Positions 38,332 through 47,833 of a stretch of DNA of 64,000 bases are shown here, piece by piece. The notes under the pieces are model-generated. The model had not been told where the DNA came from. It did not search any database and worked only from the letters and a program-made list of their open reading frames with translations. Within the stretch, counting starts at the first letter, position 1, and each line of letters opens with the position of its first letter. Location of the stretch: assembly GCA_011523285.1 (NCBI GenBank), contig WTHC01000025.1, positions 11,848-75,847 on the forward strand, read 5' to 3'. A program made the translations under genes and the position numbers. The stretch comes from Nitrosopumilaceae archaeon. GTDB taxonomy: Archaea > Thermoproteota > Nitrososphaeria > Nitrososphaerales > Nitrosopumilaceae.

Positions 38332-39603
38332 ATGAGTGAAATTATGAAAATAATAAATGATTTGAAGAATATCAAAAAACCTGATTTTCTGATAGATCTA
38401 CAAACTATATCTAAAGTAAAATCAATATTATTAAATGTAAAAAAAAATGGAGATCTAGCTTTACGAAAATATGAAAAAAAATTTGGGAATGATAATATAA
38501 ATTTTAAAGTATGCGATGCTGATATAAAACAAGCTTATTCTAAAGTTTCAAAACAACAAATTGCAACTATTAAATTTATACGTGCGCGATTGACAGTAAC
38601 CGAAAAAACACTTCGAAAACAATTTCAAACCACGGTTATTAATCACAACGGAGTTAAAATTACAAAATCATTTATGCCTATCAATAATGTTGGTTGTTAT
38701 GTTCCTGGTGGACTTGCTAAATACCCAAGCTCATTATTAATGTCAGTAATCCCAGCAAAAGTTGCAGGTGTCAAAAGAATAGTTGCAGTTTCACCTCCAA
38801 ATAATGACGGTCTAATTGATCCATTAACACTAGTTGCAGCTGATATATGTGGCGTGAATGAATTTTATAAATTAGGAGGAGCTCAAGCAATCGCAGCTTT
38901 GTCTTATGGGACAGAAACTATAAAGTCTGTAGATAAAATCGTTGGTCCAGGAGGGAAATTTGTTACAATAGCAAAATCATTAATCAGTAATAACACTGCA
39001 ATAGATATGATCGCTGGACCTACAGAATTAGGAATCATAGTAGACGACACCACAAATATTAATTTTGTTGCATCTGACATAATATCTCAGGCCGAACATG
39101 ACATAAATACTACATGTTTTGTTGTTACAATGTTTACAAATGTGGCACATCTGATATCTAAAAAAATTGAAGAAAAAATTAAACATGTAAAACGTAGCAA
39201 CATAATCAAATCTAGTATTAGAAAAAACGGATTCATAATAATCTGTAAAACTGAACAAGAAATGATTGATTTGATAAATGAATTGTCTCCGGAGCATCTG
39301 GAAATCATTACCAAAAAACCTGGTCTTATAGCATCAAAAATATATGGTGCTGGACTAATTCTGATGGGTAAATATACGCCATCTTCAGCAAGTGATTATG
39401 TATTTGGTTCTAATCATATATTACCTACTAATACATTTGGTAAAACTCGTGGTTCGTTATCAGTATTAGATTTCATGAAACTTGATACTAAAATACAATC
39501 ATCAAAATCATCATTACAAAAAACATTAAAACATGTATATTCAATAGCCACTGCAGAAAATCTTCCAAATCATTATGATGCTATACGAGAAAGATTGTTA
39601 TGA
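38332..39603 (+). CDS. hisD: Histidinol dehydrogenase
   Basis: GCYVPGG, GGAQAIAAL.YG, KIVGPG, DMIAGPTE, QAEH, PEHL and GSNHILPT motifs. Confidence 0.96.
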   Translation: MSEIMKIINDLKNIKKPDFLIDLQTISKVKSILLNVKKNGDLALRKYEKKFGNDNINFKVCDADIKQAYSKVSKQQIATIKFIRARLTVTEKTLRKQFQTTVINHNGVKITKSFMPINNVGCYVPGGLAKYPSSLLMSVIPAKVAGVKRIVAVSPPNNDGLIDPLTLVAADICGVNEFYKLGGAQAIAALSYGTETIKSVDKIVGPGGKFVTIAKSLISNNTAIDMIAGPTELGIIVDDTTNINFVASDIISQAEHDINTTCFVVTMFTNVAHLISKKIEEKIKHVKRSNIIKSSIRKNGFIIICKTEQEMIDLINELSPEHLEIITKKPGLIASKIYGAGLILMGKYTPSSASDYVFGSNHILPTNTFGKTRGSLSVLDFMKLDTKIQSSKSSLQKTLKHVYSIATAENLPNHYDAIRERLL

Positions 39604-40658
39604 ATTGGTTAGACCAAAGAATTTTAAAATTATCGAAATTAGATGTATATGAGAAATCATCATGTCAAGGACAACTTAAAATGAATTCTAACGAAAACTT
39701 TGTAATAGATAAACAATATCAACTTAATATTATAGATAAAGCAAGTAAAAATTGTGATGTGAGGGCATATCCAGAAAATCATAGCACGTTGATCAACTCT
39801 CTTTCTAAACATCATAAAATATTATCTAACAAAATCGGAATCGGAAACGGTTCTGATCAAATAATTGATCTTTTACTAGCACATCTTACATCAAAAAGAA
39901 CTAAAATACTTATCTCAGATCCAACATTCAGCTTTTTTGAGGCTAGATGTAAGTTATATTCTCTTAGAACAATCAAAGTTCCATTTTCAGATACTATGAT
40001 CTTGAATTTAGATCAATTAATTTCCAAGTTTGATGATGCAGATATGTTGTACTTAGACTCTCCAAATAATCCCACAGGGTTCCAATTTTCGAAAACAGAT
40101 CTAGATAAAATAATTAATTGTTTTGATGGGCCAGTTATAGTAGATGAGGCGTATGGTGATTTTTCAGAATATAGTGCTTTAGATTTATCTAAAAAATACC
40201 GTAATCTTATAGTTATTAAAACATTCTCCAAAGCATTTGGATTTGCAGGGTTAAGATTAGGATATTTTATAGCTAATCAAGACATAGTGAACATCTTTAT
40301 GAAATCTATTCAATATCCATACCCGATTAATTCTATTGCGTTAGAAGCAGGTAAATTACTGTTACAAAATATTAAAAGACTTTCAAATGTAATCAATTTA
40401 ATTAAAAATGAACGTAAGAAAATGATAATTAATTTACGTAAACTTAATGTGTTTGAAGTTTTTAATTCACAAGCCAATTTTGTTTTGTTTGACGCTAAAG
40501 ATGATTATCTACGAATATACACTGCACTAGCTGAACAAGGGATTTTAATAAAAAAATTAGGAAGAATAGGTCAATATCAAGGTTGTTTGAGAGTAACTAT
40601 TGGTACTAAGGACATGAATTCCAAATTTCTTCTCGCTATACGAGATCTTTTACGATGA
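39600..40658 (+). CDS. hisC: Histidinol-phosphate aminotransferase
   Basis: NEN, GNGSD, SPNNPTG, VDEAY and TFSKAFGFAGLRLG motifs; his operon context. Confidence 0.93.
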   Translation: MNWLDQRILKLSKLDVYEKSSCQGQLKMNSNENFVIDKQYQLNIIDKASKNCDVRAYPENHSTLINSLSKHHKILSNKIGIGNGSDQIIDLLLAHLTSKRTKILISDPTFSFFEARCKLYSLRTIKVPFSDTMILNLDQLISKFDDADMLYLDSPNNPTGFQFSKTDLDKIINCFDGPVIVDEAYGDFSEYSALDLSKKYRNLIVIKTFSKAFGFAGLRLGYFIANQDIVNIFMKSIQYPYPINSIALEAGKLLLQNIKRLSNVINLIKNERKKMIINLRKLNVFEVFNSQANFVLFDAKDDYLRIYTALAEQGILIKKLGRIGQYQGCLRVTIGTKDMNSKFLLAIRDLLR

Positions 40659-40662
40659 CGGA

Positions 40663-41655
40663 TTGATTTCAGATACACATGAAAAATTAGATGAAATTAT
40701 TAACCTAGACTCCATCATTTTTGATTGTGACGGTGTGCTTATTGATATACGCAATTCCTATGACAAAACAATCAAAGAGACTGTTAGATATGTGGTTAAC
40801 AAAATAACTAATGTAGATATAAATAATTTTGTCACAAGCACACTAATATCATCTTTTAAACGTAGTGGAGGTTTCAATAACGAAGTAGATTTATCTTATT
40901 CTATTATCATTTCCATAATAGCAGCAATTAGATTGAAAATACATTATAGAAAATTTATTTTAGATGTAGTTGAGAATTTAGATGTTAATGGCATCAGTTC
41001 AGTAGAAAATTATCTACGTAGTATTATTCATATAGATGATATGATTTCCGAATTACATTACCCATACAAAAACAATATCATATGTAATATATTTGATGAA
41101 TTATTTTATGGTTCTAAATTATATAGTATAATACTCAAAAAAACTCCTATTTTTTGTTGTGATGGTTTTATTAAAAATGATAAGATTCTTTTGACAAAGT
41201 CTTTATTGGATATACTTCAAAGAAAATTTAAAAGAAAAATTGCAATTGTGACAGGTAGGGGATTGGTATCTGCTAGATACTCACTACGAAATCTATTAAA
41301 TTATTTTGACATACAGAACTCAGTATTTTTAGATGATCTAGACAGAAGTTTCGCTAAACCAAATCCAAATACATTAATCAATTCTATCTTAGGCCTGAAA
41401 TCATCTTCTTGTTTGTATGTTGGTGATTCCATGGAAGATCTAATTATGGTTCATAGAGCTAATAAATTAGGATTTAGAGTAATTTTTTGTGGGATATTTG
41501 GGACCGATGACAATAAAGATAATAAAATAAACCTTTTCAAAAAGAAAAACGCCCATATAATATTAGAATCTATAAATCTACTTCCGAATGTATTAAATCT
41601 GGATGATGATGAAATAAAACATAATGATCAAAATGGGGAAATCTCGTACTTATGA
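40663..41655 (+). CDS. HAD-superfamily hydrolase, probable histidinol-phosphate phosphatase
   Basis: FDCDGVL, VTGR, KPNP and YVGDSMED motifs; sits between hisC and hisB. Confidence 0.8.
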   Translation: MISDTHEKLDEIINLDSIIFDCDGVLIDIRNSYDKTIKETVRYVVNKITNVDINNFVTSTLISSFKRSGGFNNEVDLSYSIIISIIAAIRLKIHYRKFILDVVENLDVNGISSVENYLRSIIHIDDMISELHYPYKNNIICNIFDELFYGSKLYSIILKKTPIFCCDGFIKNDKILLTKSLLDILQRKFKRKIAIVTGRGLVSARYSLRNLLNYFDIQNSVFLDDLDRSFAKPNPNTLINSILGLKSSSCLYVGDSMEDLIMVHRANKLGFRVIFCGIFGTDDNKDNKINLFKKKNAHIILESINLLPNVLNLDDDEIKHNDQNGEISYL

Positions 41656-42220
41656 ATTAACACGTGAAACTAAAGAAACTAATATTCATATACAAACTAA
41701 TATAGATGGTACTGGAATTGCAGAAATAGATACTGGAATAAAATTCCTAGATCACATAATTGACACTTTTTGTAAACATTCGTTAGTTGATATCGCATTA
41801 AAAACGATATCCAAAGATAATATATCGCACCATTTAATAGAAGATGTTGCTATATGTATAGGTATATCTATTAATAAATCTCTTGGAGATAGATCTAACA
41901 TAGCAAGATTTGGTTTTGCTTCTATCCCTATGGATGAATCCGTAGTGGAATCTACAATTGATTTGATAGACAGAAGCTATATTAAAGTAAATTTAGATTT
42001 CAAACGAAACGTTATAGAAGACATGTATCAAGAAGACGTAATCCATTTTTTCTATTCGTTATTAAAAAATATTAATTGCTGTGCTCATACATCATTAAAA
42101 TATGGCACTAATGATCATCACATAGTAGAAGCAGCAATCAAATCATTAGCTGTAGCATTTAGATTTTCGTCTAACATAAATCAAAATATAGGAATACCTA
42201 GTACGAAGGACGTAATGTGA
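41624..42220 (+). CDS. hisB: Imidazoleglycerol-phosphate dehydratase (monofunctional)
   Basis: RETKET, TGI.FLDH, HHLIED, PMDES, NDHH.VEA..K and PSTK motifs; alternative ATG at 41633. Confidence 0.95.
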   Translation: MIKMGKSRTYELTRETKETNIHIQTNIDGTGIAEIDTGIKFLDHIIDTFCKHSLVDIALKTISKDNISHHLIEDVAICIGISINKSLGDRSNIARFGFASIPMDESVVESTIDLIDRSYIKVNLDFKRNVIEDMYQEDVIHFFYSLLKNINCCAHTSLKYGTNDHHIVEAAIKSLAVAFRFSSNINQNIGIPSTKDVM

Positions 42221-42828
42221 TGCCTAAAATTGCAATATTTGATTATGGGGCTGGTAATATATTCAATTTACAAAAATCTATAGAAAGTATTGGTTCTGAA
42301 GTATATGTAATATCAAATTTTAATAATATTCAATTTTATGATGGACTATTTCTTCCAGGTGTTGGTAATTTTGATCCAGCAATTAAATTAATTCATAACC
42401 AACATTATAATAAATCATTTCATGATATTTTAACTCAAATACCAATATTTGGAATTTGTTTAGGGCTGGAATTGTTATTTGATAAAAGCGAAGAAGGTAA
42501 AGAACAAGGACTCCATGTGGTTGAAGGTGATGTAGTTCATTTACCTATAACAATGACTGTCCCACACATGGGCTGGAATAACATATTGATTGAAAAACAT
42601 AGCAATTTACTAGATGGAATAGATGATAACTCTTGGGTTTATTTTGCACATTCTTATATGGTAAGACCAAAAAACGATCGGATTATACAAGCTAAATTTG
42701 ATTATGGGGATAAAATTACAGCAATGATTGAACAACGTAACTTATTTGGCACTCAATTCCACCCTGAAAAATCTAGTATAACCGGAATAAAAATACTACA
42801 AAATTTTTTAAGAGAATGTAAAAAATGA
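42217..42828 (+). CDS. hisH: Imidazole glycerol phosphate synthase glutaminase subunit
   Basis: DYGAGN, LPGVG.F, GICLG, PHMGWN and QFHPEKS motifs; alternative ATG at 42220. Confidence 0.96.
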   Translation: MMPKIAIFDYGAGNIFNLQKSIESIGSEVYVISNFNNIQFYDGLFLPGVGNFDPAIKLIHNQHYNKSFHDILTQIPIFGICLGLELLFDKSEEGKEQGLHVVEGDVVHLPITMTVPHMGWNNILIEKHSNLLDGIDDNSWVYFAHSYMVRPKNDRIIQAKFDYGDKITAMIEQRNLFGTQFHPEKSSITGIKILQNFLRECKK

Positions 42829-43523
42829 AAATAATAGCAGCCATAGATCTGATGGGTGGGAAAGTAGTAAGATTATCGAAAGGAGATCCTCTGACTAAAA
42901 AAATTTACAGTGATAACCCATATCAAGTTGCTCAAATGTGGGAAAACCAAGGTGCAGATATGATACAATTTGTAGATCTAGATGCAGCATTGGGGTTAGG
43001 ATCAAATTTATTAACAATTAAAAATACAATTAAAAAATTACACACACCAACATTGATAGCTGGCGGATTGCGAAATGAGCAACTCATAAATGACGCATTA
43101 TCTATTTCATCATATATTATTTTAGGAACTATCCCATTCACAAATAAAAAACTATTATCTAAATTCATACATAATAAGAATCAAATTATAATATCTGTAG
43201 ATCAAGTTTCTAATAATATTGTAATAGAAGGATGGAAAAAAAATACAACTATAAAATTAATTGACGGTGTGAACAATTTCATTTCTCTAGGATTCTCTAA
43301 TTTTCTTTTAACAAACGTAGAAAAAGACGGCATGCTGCAAGGTATTGAGATACATACATTTTCTGAAATATGTAAGATAGATTCTATTAATGTATTTGCT
43401 GCTGGTGGAATTTCTAACACGAGTGATATTATGAACCTTAAAAAAATCCATGTTTATGCTGTTGTATTAGGTAAATCTCTTTATGAAGGAATATTAGATA
43501 TCTCAAGCGTAAAAAAAATATGA
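42825..43523 (+). CDS. hisA: ProFAR isomerase
   Basis: AIDL.GGKVVRL.KGD, VDLD, GGLR, DG.L.G and AGGIS motifs. Confidence 0.93.
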   Translation: MKIIAAIDLMGGKVVRLSKGDPLTKKIYSDNPYQVAQMWENQGADMIQFVDLDAALGLGSNLLTIKNTIKKLHTPTLIAGGLRNEQLINDALSISSYIILGTIPFTNKKLLSKFIHNKNQIIISVDQVSNNIVIEGWKKNTTIKLIDGVNNFISLGFSNFLLTNVEKDGMLQGIEIHTFSEICKIDSINVFAAGGISNTSDIMNLKKIHVYAVVLGKSLYEGILDISSVKKI

Positions 43524-44323
43524 CACTAACAAAAAGAATAATACCATGTCTTGATGTTGATGATTATAATGTTGTTAAAGGATTAAATTTTTCATCAATT
43601 TCTAATGTTGGTAACCCTGTATTTTTAGCGAAGAAATATAATGATAGTGGTGCAGATGAATTGATTTTTTTAGATATAACCGCATCTCAAGAAAAAAGAA
43701 AAATAGTTAAACTCTTGATTGCTGAAGTTGCAAAAACTATAGATATACCATTCACTGTGGGTGGAGGCATATCTAATCTAGAGCAAGCACACGATGTTTT
43801 GCTTCATGGCGCAGACAAAATAGCTATTAATACATCTGCTGTGCAAAAACCACAACTTATAGAACAATTAATGGATGCATTTGGAAAACAATGTGTGGTT
43901 ATAGCTATAGATGCAAAACGAAATTATACTGTATCTGAAGCTAAGAATATATTTGTACATAATGGCAAAAAATTCTGGTTTGAAGTATACATATATGGTG
44001 GCAAGTATGCCACAGGGCTCGATGTAATTACTTGGGCACAAAAAGTAAAAAATTTAGGAGCTGGAGAAATATTACTAACTAGTATTGATATGGATGGAAC
44101 CAAAAACGGTTATGATCTAAATCTTACTTCGGCTGTTGTAAATAATGTTTCTGTTCCAGTTATAGCTTCAGGAGGCTGTGGTCATCCTCAACACATGTTA
44201 GATGTTTTTCAAATTTCTGATGCGTCTGCTGCCTTGGCTGCTTCTATATTTCATTATGATTCTTATTCAATCCAAAAAGTTAAAAAATTTCTTCAACACA
44301 ATAAAATAAATGTAAGATTATAA
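43520..44323 (+). CDS. hisF: Imidazole glycerol phosphate synthase cyclase subunit
   Basis: KRIIPCLDV, GADELIFLDITAS, GAGEILLTSID.DGTK.GYD and ALAASIFH motifs. Confidence 0.97.
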   Translation: MTLTKRIIPCLDVDDYNVVKGLNFSSISNVGNPVFLAKKYNDSGADELIFLDITASQEKRKIVKLLIAEVAKTIDIPFTVGGGISNLEQAHDVLLHGADKIAINTSAVQKPQLIEQLMDAFGKQCVVIAIDAKRNYTVSEAKNIFVHNGKKFWFEVYIYGGKYATGLDVITWAQKVKNLGAGEILLTSIDMDGTKNGYDLNLTSAVVNNVSVPVIASGGCGHPQHMLDVFQISDASAALAASIFHYDSYSIQKVKKFLQHNKINVRL

Positions 44324-44345
44324 GTATTGAACATCTAAATTTATC

Positions 44346-44675
44346 ATGTACAAAGAAATAATTGATATTAATTTCGTCAAGGGTGGTGATGGGTTGATCC
44401 CTGTAATTGTACAAGATATCGTCTCGAAAAACATCTTGACATTGGCTTATTCTAATAAGAAATCGATAATACTGACACAAAAAACTGGAAAATCGTGGTT
44501 TTGGAGCCGATCTAGAAAAAAACTTTGGATGAAAGGAGAAACATCTGGTAATGTGCAAAATGTTAAAAAAATTCTAGTAGATTGTGATTGTGACGCTGTT
44601 ATTTATTTAGTAGATACAAAAGGTCCTGCATGTCATACAAAACAAGAGACATGTTTTCATAATGAACTCAAGTAA
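44346..44675 (+). CDS. hisI: Phosphoribosyl-AMP cyclohydrolase (no HisE domain)
   Basis: SRSR..LW.KGETSGN, DCDCD and ACHT....CF motifs. Confidence 0.95.
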   Translation: MYKEIIDINFVKGGDGLIPVIVQDIVSKNILTLAYSNKKSIILTQKTGKSWFWSRSRKKLWMKGETSGNVQNVKKILVDCDCDAVIYLVDTKGPACHTKQETCFHNELK

Positions 44676-45119
44676 TCAGCATATTTTTTTATAATTATCA
44701 ATTTCGCTTGGAATTATTTCGTCAGTTATTTTTATTTTTAGTTCATGGTATTTTGTACCTTGCATTATTATTTTCCATTCTCCTATTAATTCACTATTAT
44801 CACAAATTTTCAAATCTTTTGATAAAACAGGTTTAAAATATTTATTAAAGCTTGATTTTTTACTCCAATTGAAATCTATATTGGAGTATATTTTATTTTT
44901 TGTTGTTATGATTAATATGCGCCCTACATCATTTTCAAGTAGAGAATCTACTGTTACAAAAACATTTTCACCTATTTTATATTTAGAATTATTGACAACA
45001 AACGGCCCAGAAGTTAATAATTTATCTTTTTCTAATACTCTATTACTATTTATCGATATTATTAATAGGAATGCTAGTGTAATACCTAATATTATTCCAA
45101 ATTTAGTAAATTTTTGCAT
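44676..45119 (-). CDS. Hypothetical secreted or membrane-anchored protein
   Basis: N-terminal signal/TM helix, beta-rich body (SGPF.....YKIGENVF, GEW), two cysteines. Confidence 0.7.
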   Translation of the reverse strand: MQKFTKFGIILGITLAFLLIISINSNRVLEKDKLLTSGPFVVNNSKYKIGENVFVTVDSLLENDVGRILIITTKNKIYSNIDFNWSKKSSFNKYFKPVLSKDLKICDNSELIGEWKIIMQGTKYHELKIKITDEIIPSEIDNYKKIC

Positions 45120-45216
45120 GATTGATGAATAAGAATAACCTAAATTTTTAACTTATATATGTGATATGTTAGTTAAATTTAGAATTTTTTAATTAGTGGT
45201 GATTATATAGTGTTCT

Positions 45217-46431
45217 ATGCAAAAAATTTTTTTGGAATGCAGAGAATGCAAAACTACGTATTCTGCAGATTTTAAATATGTCTGCGAATCTTGTTTTGGA
45301 CCTCTAGATGTTAAGTACGATACTTCATTTACCAAAAATTTATTTGAGAACAGAAATGTAGATACATATTGGAAATATTTTGAACTATTACCAATAGTAG
45401 ATAAATCCAACATAGTAGACATTGGTAGCGGATTGACACCTCTAATTAAAGCTACAAATCTTGGAGCCGAGTTGGGATTAAATAATCTATACATCAAGAA
45501 TGATTCAGTTAACACTACATTTTCATTTAAAGATAGGCCTGCTGGTGTGGCGGTATCTAAAGCCAAAGAATTTAATTTATCTACTGTTGGTTGTGCTTCT
45601 ACTGGTAATCTTGCATCTGCAACTGCTGCACATGCTGCAAAAGGTAGACTCAAATGTTTAATATTTGCACCAAAAAATATAGAGCAACCTAAAATTACAC
45701 AAGCTATTTCATATGGTGCTGAATATATAGCAATTGATGGCACATATGACGACTCCAATCGAATTGCTGCACAAATTGGAGATCAACATAAAATAGGTGT
45801 AGTGAATATAAATCTACGTTCGTATTATACTGAAGGTTCCAAAACATTAGCATTTGAAGTGGCAGATCAATTAGGGTGGGATGTACCAGATCATCTAGTC
45901 ATTCCAGTTGGAAGCGGCGCTATGTTAAATTCTATATGTAAAGGATTTGAAGAATTAGAAAATATTTCATTGTTGAAAGATACATCTAATATACATATAG
46001 CTGCAGCCCAACCATATGGATGTGCTCCTATAGTAAATGCATTCAAAAACAAAACAAATACAATAAAGCCTATAGAATACCCTGATACTATAGCTAAAAG
46101 CCTAGCTATAGGTGATCCTGGAGATGGTCGATATGTGATTAAAAGACTCTCTCAATATCATGGATATGCTGAAGATTGTAATAACAATGAAATTATAGAT
46201 TCCATTATACTACTTGCTAAAACTGAAGGTATCTTCACAGAACCTGCAGGTGGAGTTTCTATCGCAGTACTTCGTAAAATGGTTGAGAATAAAATGATCG
46301 ATAAAAACGATCAGACAATATGTTTTATAACTGGCAACGGATTAAAATCACCAGATTCATTGTTCGATATAATTCCAAAACCTAAAATAGCCCAACCAAA
46401 TATTGAAAAAATATTATCTATTATGAGGTAA
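45217..46431 (+). CDS. thrC: Threonine synthase-family PLP enzyme
   Basis: N-terminal CREC/CESC zinc ribbon; G.TPL, SFKDR (PLP lysine), ASTGN, EGSKT, EPAGG and ITGNGLK motifs. Confidence 0.88.
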   Translation: MQKIFLECRECKTTYSADFKYVCESCFGPLDVKYDTSFTKNLFENRNVDTYWKYFELLPIVDKSNIVDIGSGLTPLIKATNLGAELGLNNLYIKNDSVNTTFSFKDRPAGVAVSKAKEFNLSTVGCASTGNLASATAAHAAKGRLKCLIFAPKNIEQPKITQAISYGAEYIAIDGTYDDSNRIAAQIGDQHKIGVVNINLRSYYTEGSKTLAFEVADQLGWDVPDHLVIPVGSGAMLNSICKGFEELENISLLKDTSNIHIAAAQPYGCAPIVNAFKNKTNTIKPIEYPDTIAKSLAIGDPGDGRYVIKRLSQYHGYAEDCNNNEIIDSIILLAKTEGIFTEPAGGVSIAVLRKMVENKMIDKNDQTICFITGNGLKSPDSLFDIIPKPKIAQPNIEKILSIMR

Positions 46432-46438
46432 ATTATAA

Positions 46439-47779
46439 TTGGTAAATGTAGTCTTCACAATACCGTCAGTACTGAACCAAGGCAACGGTGAAAAAAAAAT
46501 ACCCATTACTTCTGATAAACTTACATTATTAGATGCTTTTACTAAAATTTCTAATGATTTAGGCCCTGCTTTTAAAAATAGAGTTTTAAACCCAGACGGC
46601 TCTCCTAAATCTCTTATTAATGTGTATATAAATGGTAAGAACGCCCAATTTTCTAACGGCATGAATACAATTCTCAATGATGGAGATGAAGTTTATATGC
46701 TTCCTGCTGTTTCTGGAGGAGATAACTTGTCTGAAAATGAACTCACTCGATATTCCAGACAAATAATGCTAGAAAATATAGGTTATGAAGGACAATTGAA
46801 AATCAAAAATTCATCTGTATGCGTTATTGGAGTTGGTGGATTGGGAAACCCTATCGCTTCTAGATTGGCAGCTATGGGTGTAGGTAAAATAAGAATAGTG
46901 GATCGAGATGTAATCGAATTATCTAATCTTCATAGACAAACAATGTTTAATGATTGTGATATTGGCAAAATAAAAGTTGAAACTGCCAAGAATAAATTAC
47001 AAAATATTAATCCCACGATGACAATAGAAGCCCTTTCCGTTTCAATAAATGACTATAATGCATTAGATGTGATCCATGATTGCGATATAGTAATAGACGC
47101 GCTTGATAGTGTGAATGCTAGATACTCAATTAACAAAGCTTGTGTTAGATCTAACATTCCATTTGTAACTGGAGCAGCTGTTGGAACTTCTGGTCAATGC
47201 TTTACAGTAATACCAAATAAAACAGCTTGTTATTACTGTGTATTTCCTAGCTTGGATGAAAATTCTATGCCGACTTGTAGTATTGAAGGAGTACACCCAT
47301 CAATATTATCAGTCGTTGCAGGTATTGAAGTATCTGAAGCTATTAAAATAATATTGGACAAAAAACCTAATCTATTAAATAAAATCTTACATATAGATTT
47401 AGACACATTAAATTTCACACATATAAATACATTCAAAGTATCTGAATGTCCTGTCTGTGGAACTGGCAAGACTAGTGATAAAGTTATAAAAGAAAAACTC
47501 ATGATCGAAGAATTATGTGGCCGAAATGGCAAAAGGACATTCTCTATCACTCCTACTAATAGTAATTTGCATTTGGATCTAAATAAAATTGCCAAGTTGT
47601 CAACAACAAATGTATACAAGATAGAAAATCAAAGTAATTTTGGTATATCAATCCGCTCTGCAGATTTTTATATTAATATTATGCAAAGAGGTTCTGCTAT
47701 TATAACAGGAACTAAAACAGAAGATGATGCAATTTCATTATATGAAAGATTTGTTAGTAAAATAATGGTCAACAATTAA
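46439..47779 (+). CDS. Fusion of a MoaD/SAMP ubiquitin-like domain to a ThiF/MoeB (E1-like) adenylyltransferase
   Basis: Residues 1-94 form a beta-grasp domain ending LPAVSGG. Then RYSRQ, GVGGLG, DRDVIELSNLHRQ, CYYC, PTCS.EG, CPVCG and a C-terminal LCGR domain. Confidence 0.92.
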   Translation: MVNVVFTIPSVLNQGNGEKKIPITSDKLTLLDAFTKISNDLGPAFKNRVLNPDGSPKSLINVYINGKNAQFSNGMNTILNDGDEVYMLPAVSGGDNLSENELTRYSRQIMLENIGYEGQLKIKNSSVCVIGVGGLGNPIASRLAAMGVGKIRIVDRDVIELSNLHRQTMFNDCDIGKIKVETAKNKLQNINPTMTIEALSVSINDYNALDVIHDCDIVIDALDSVNARYSINKACVRSNIPFVTGAAVGTSGQCFTVIPNKTACYYCVFPSLDENSMPTCSIEGVHPSILSVVAGIEVSEAIKIILDKKPNLLNKILHIDLDTLNFTHINTFKVSECPVCGTGKTSDKVIKEKLMIEELCGRNGKRTFSITPTNSNLHLDLNKIAKLSTTNVYKIENQSNFGISIRSADFYINIMQRGSAIITGTKTEDDAISLYERFVSKIMVNN

Positions 47780-47833
47780 TAAATCCGAGATAAGAAATCA
47801 TTATATTCTAAATAGAATCTTTCGTTATCAACA

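Noticed and set aside
45189..45758. 189-aa antisense ORF over thrC
   Set aside because: It mirrors a well-conserved sense gene codon for codon and has no recognisable motifs.
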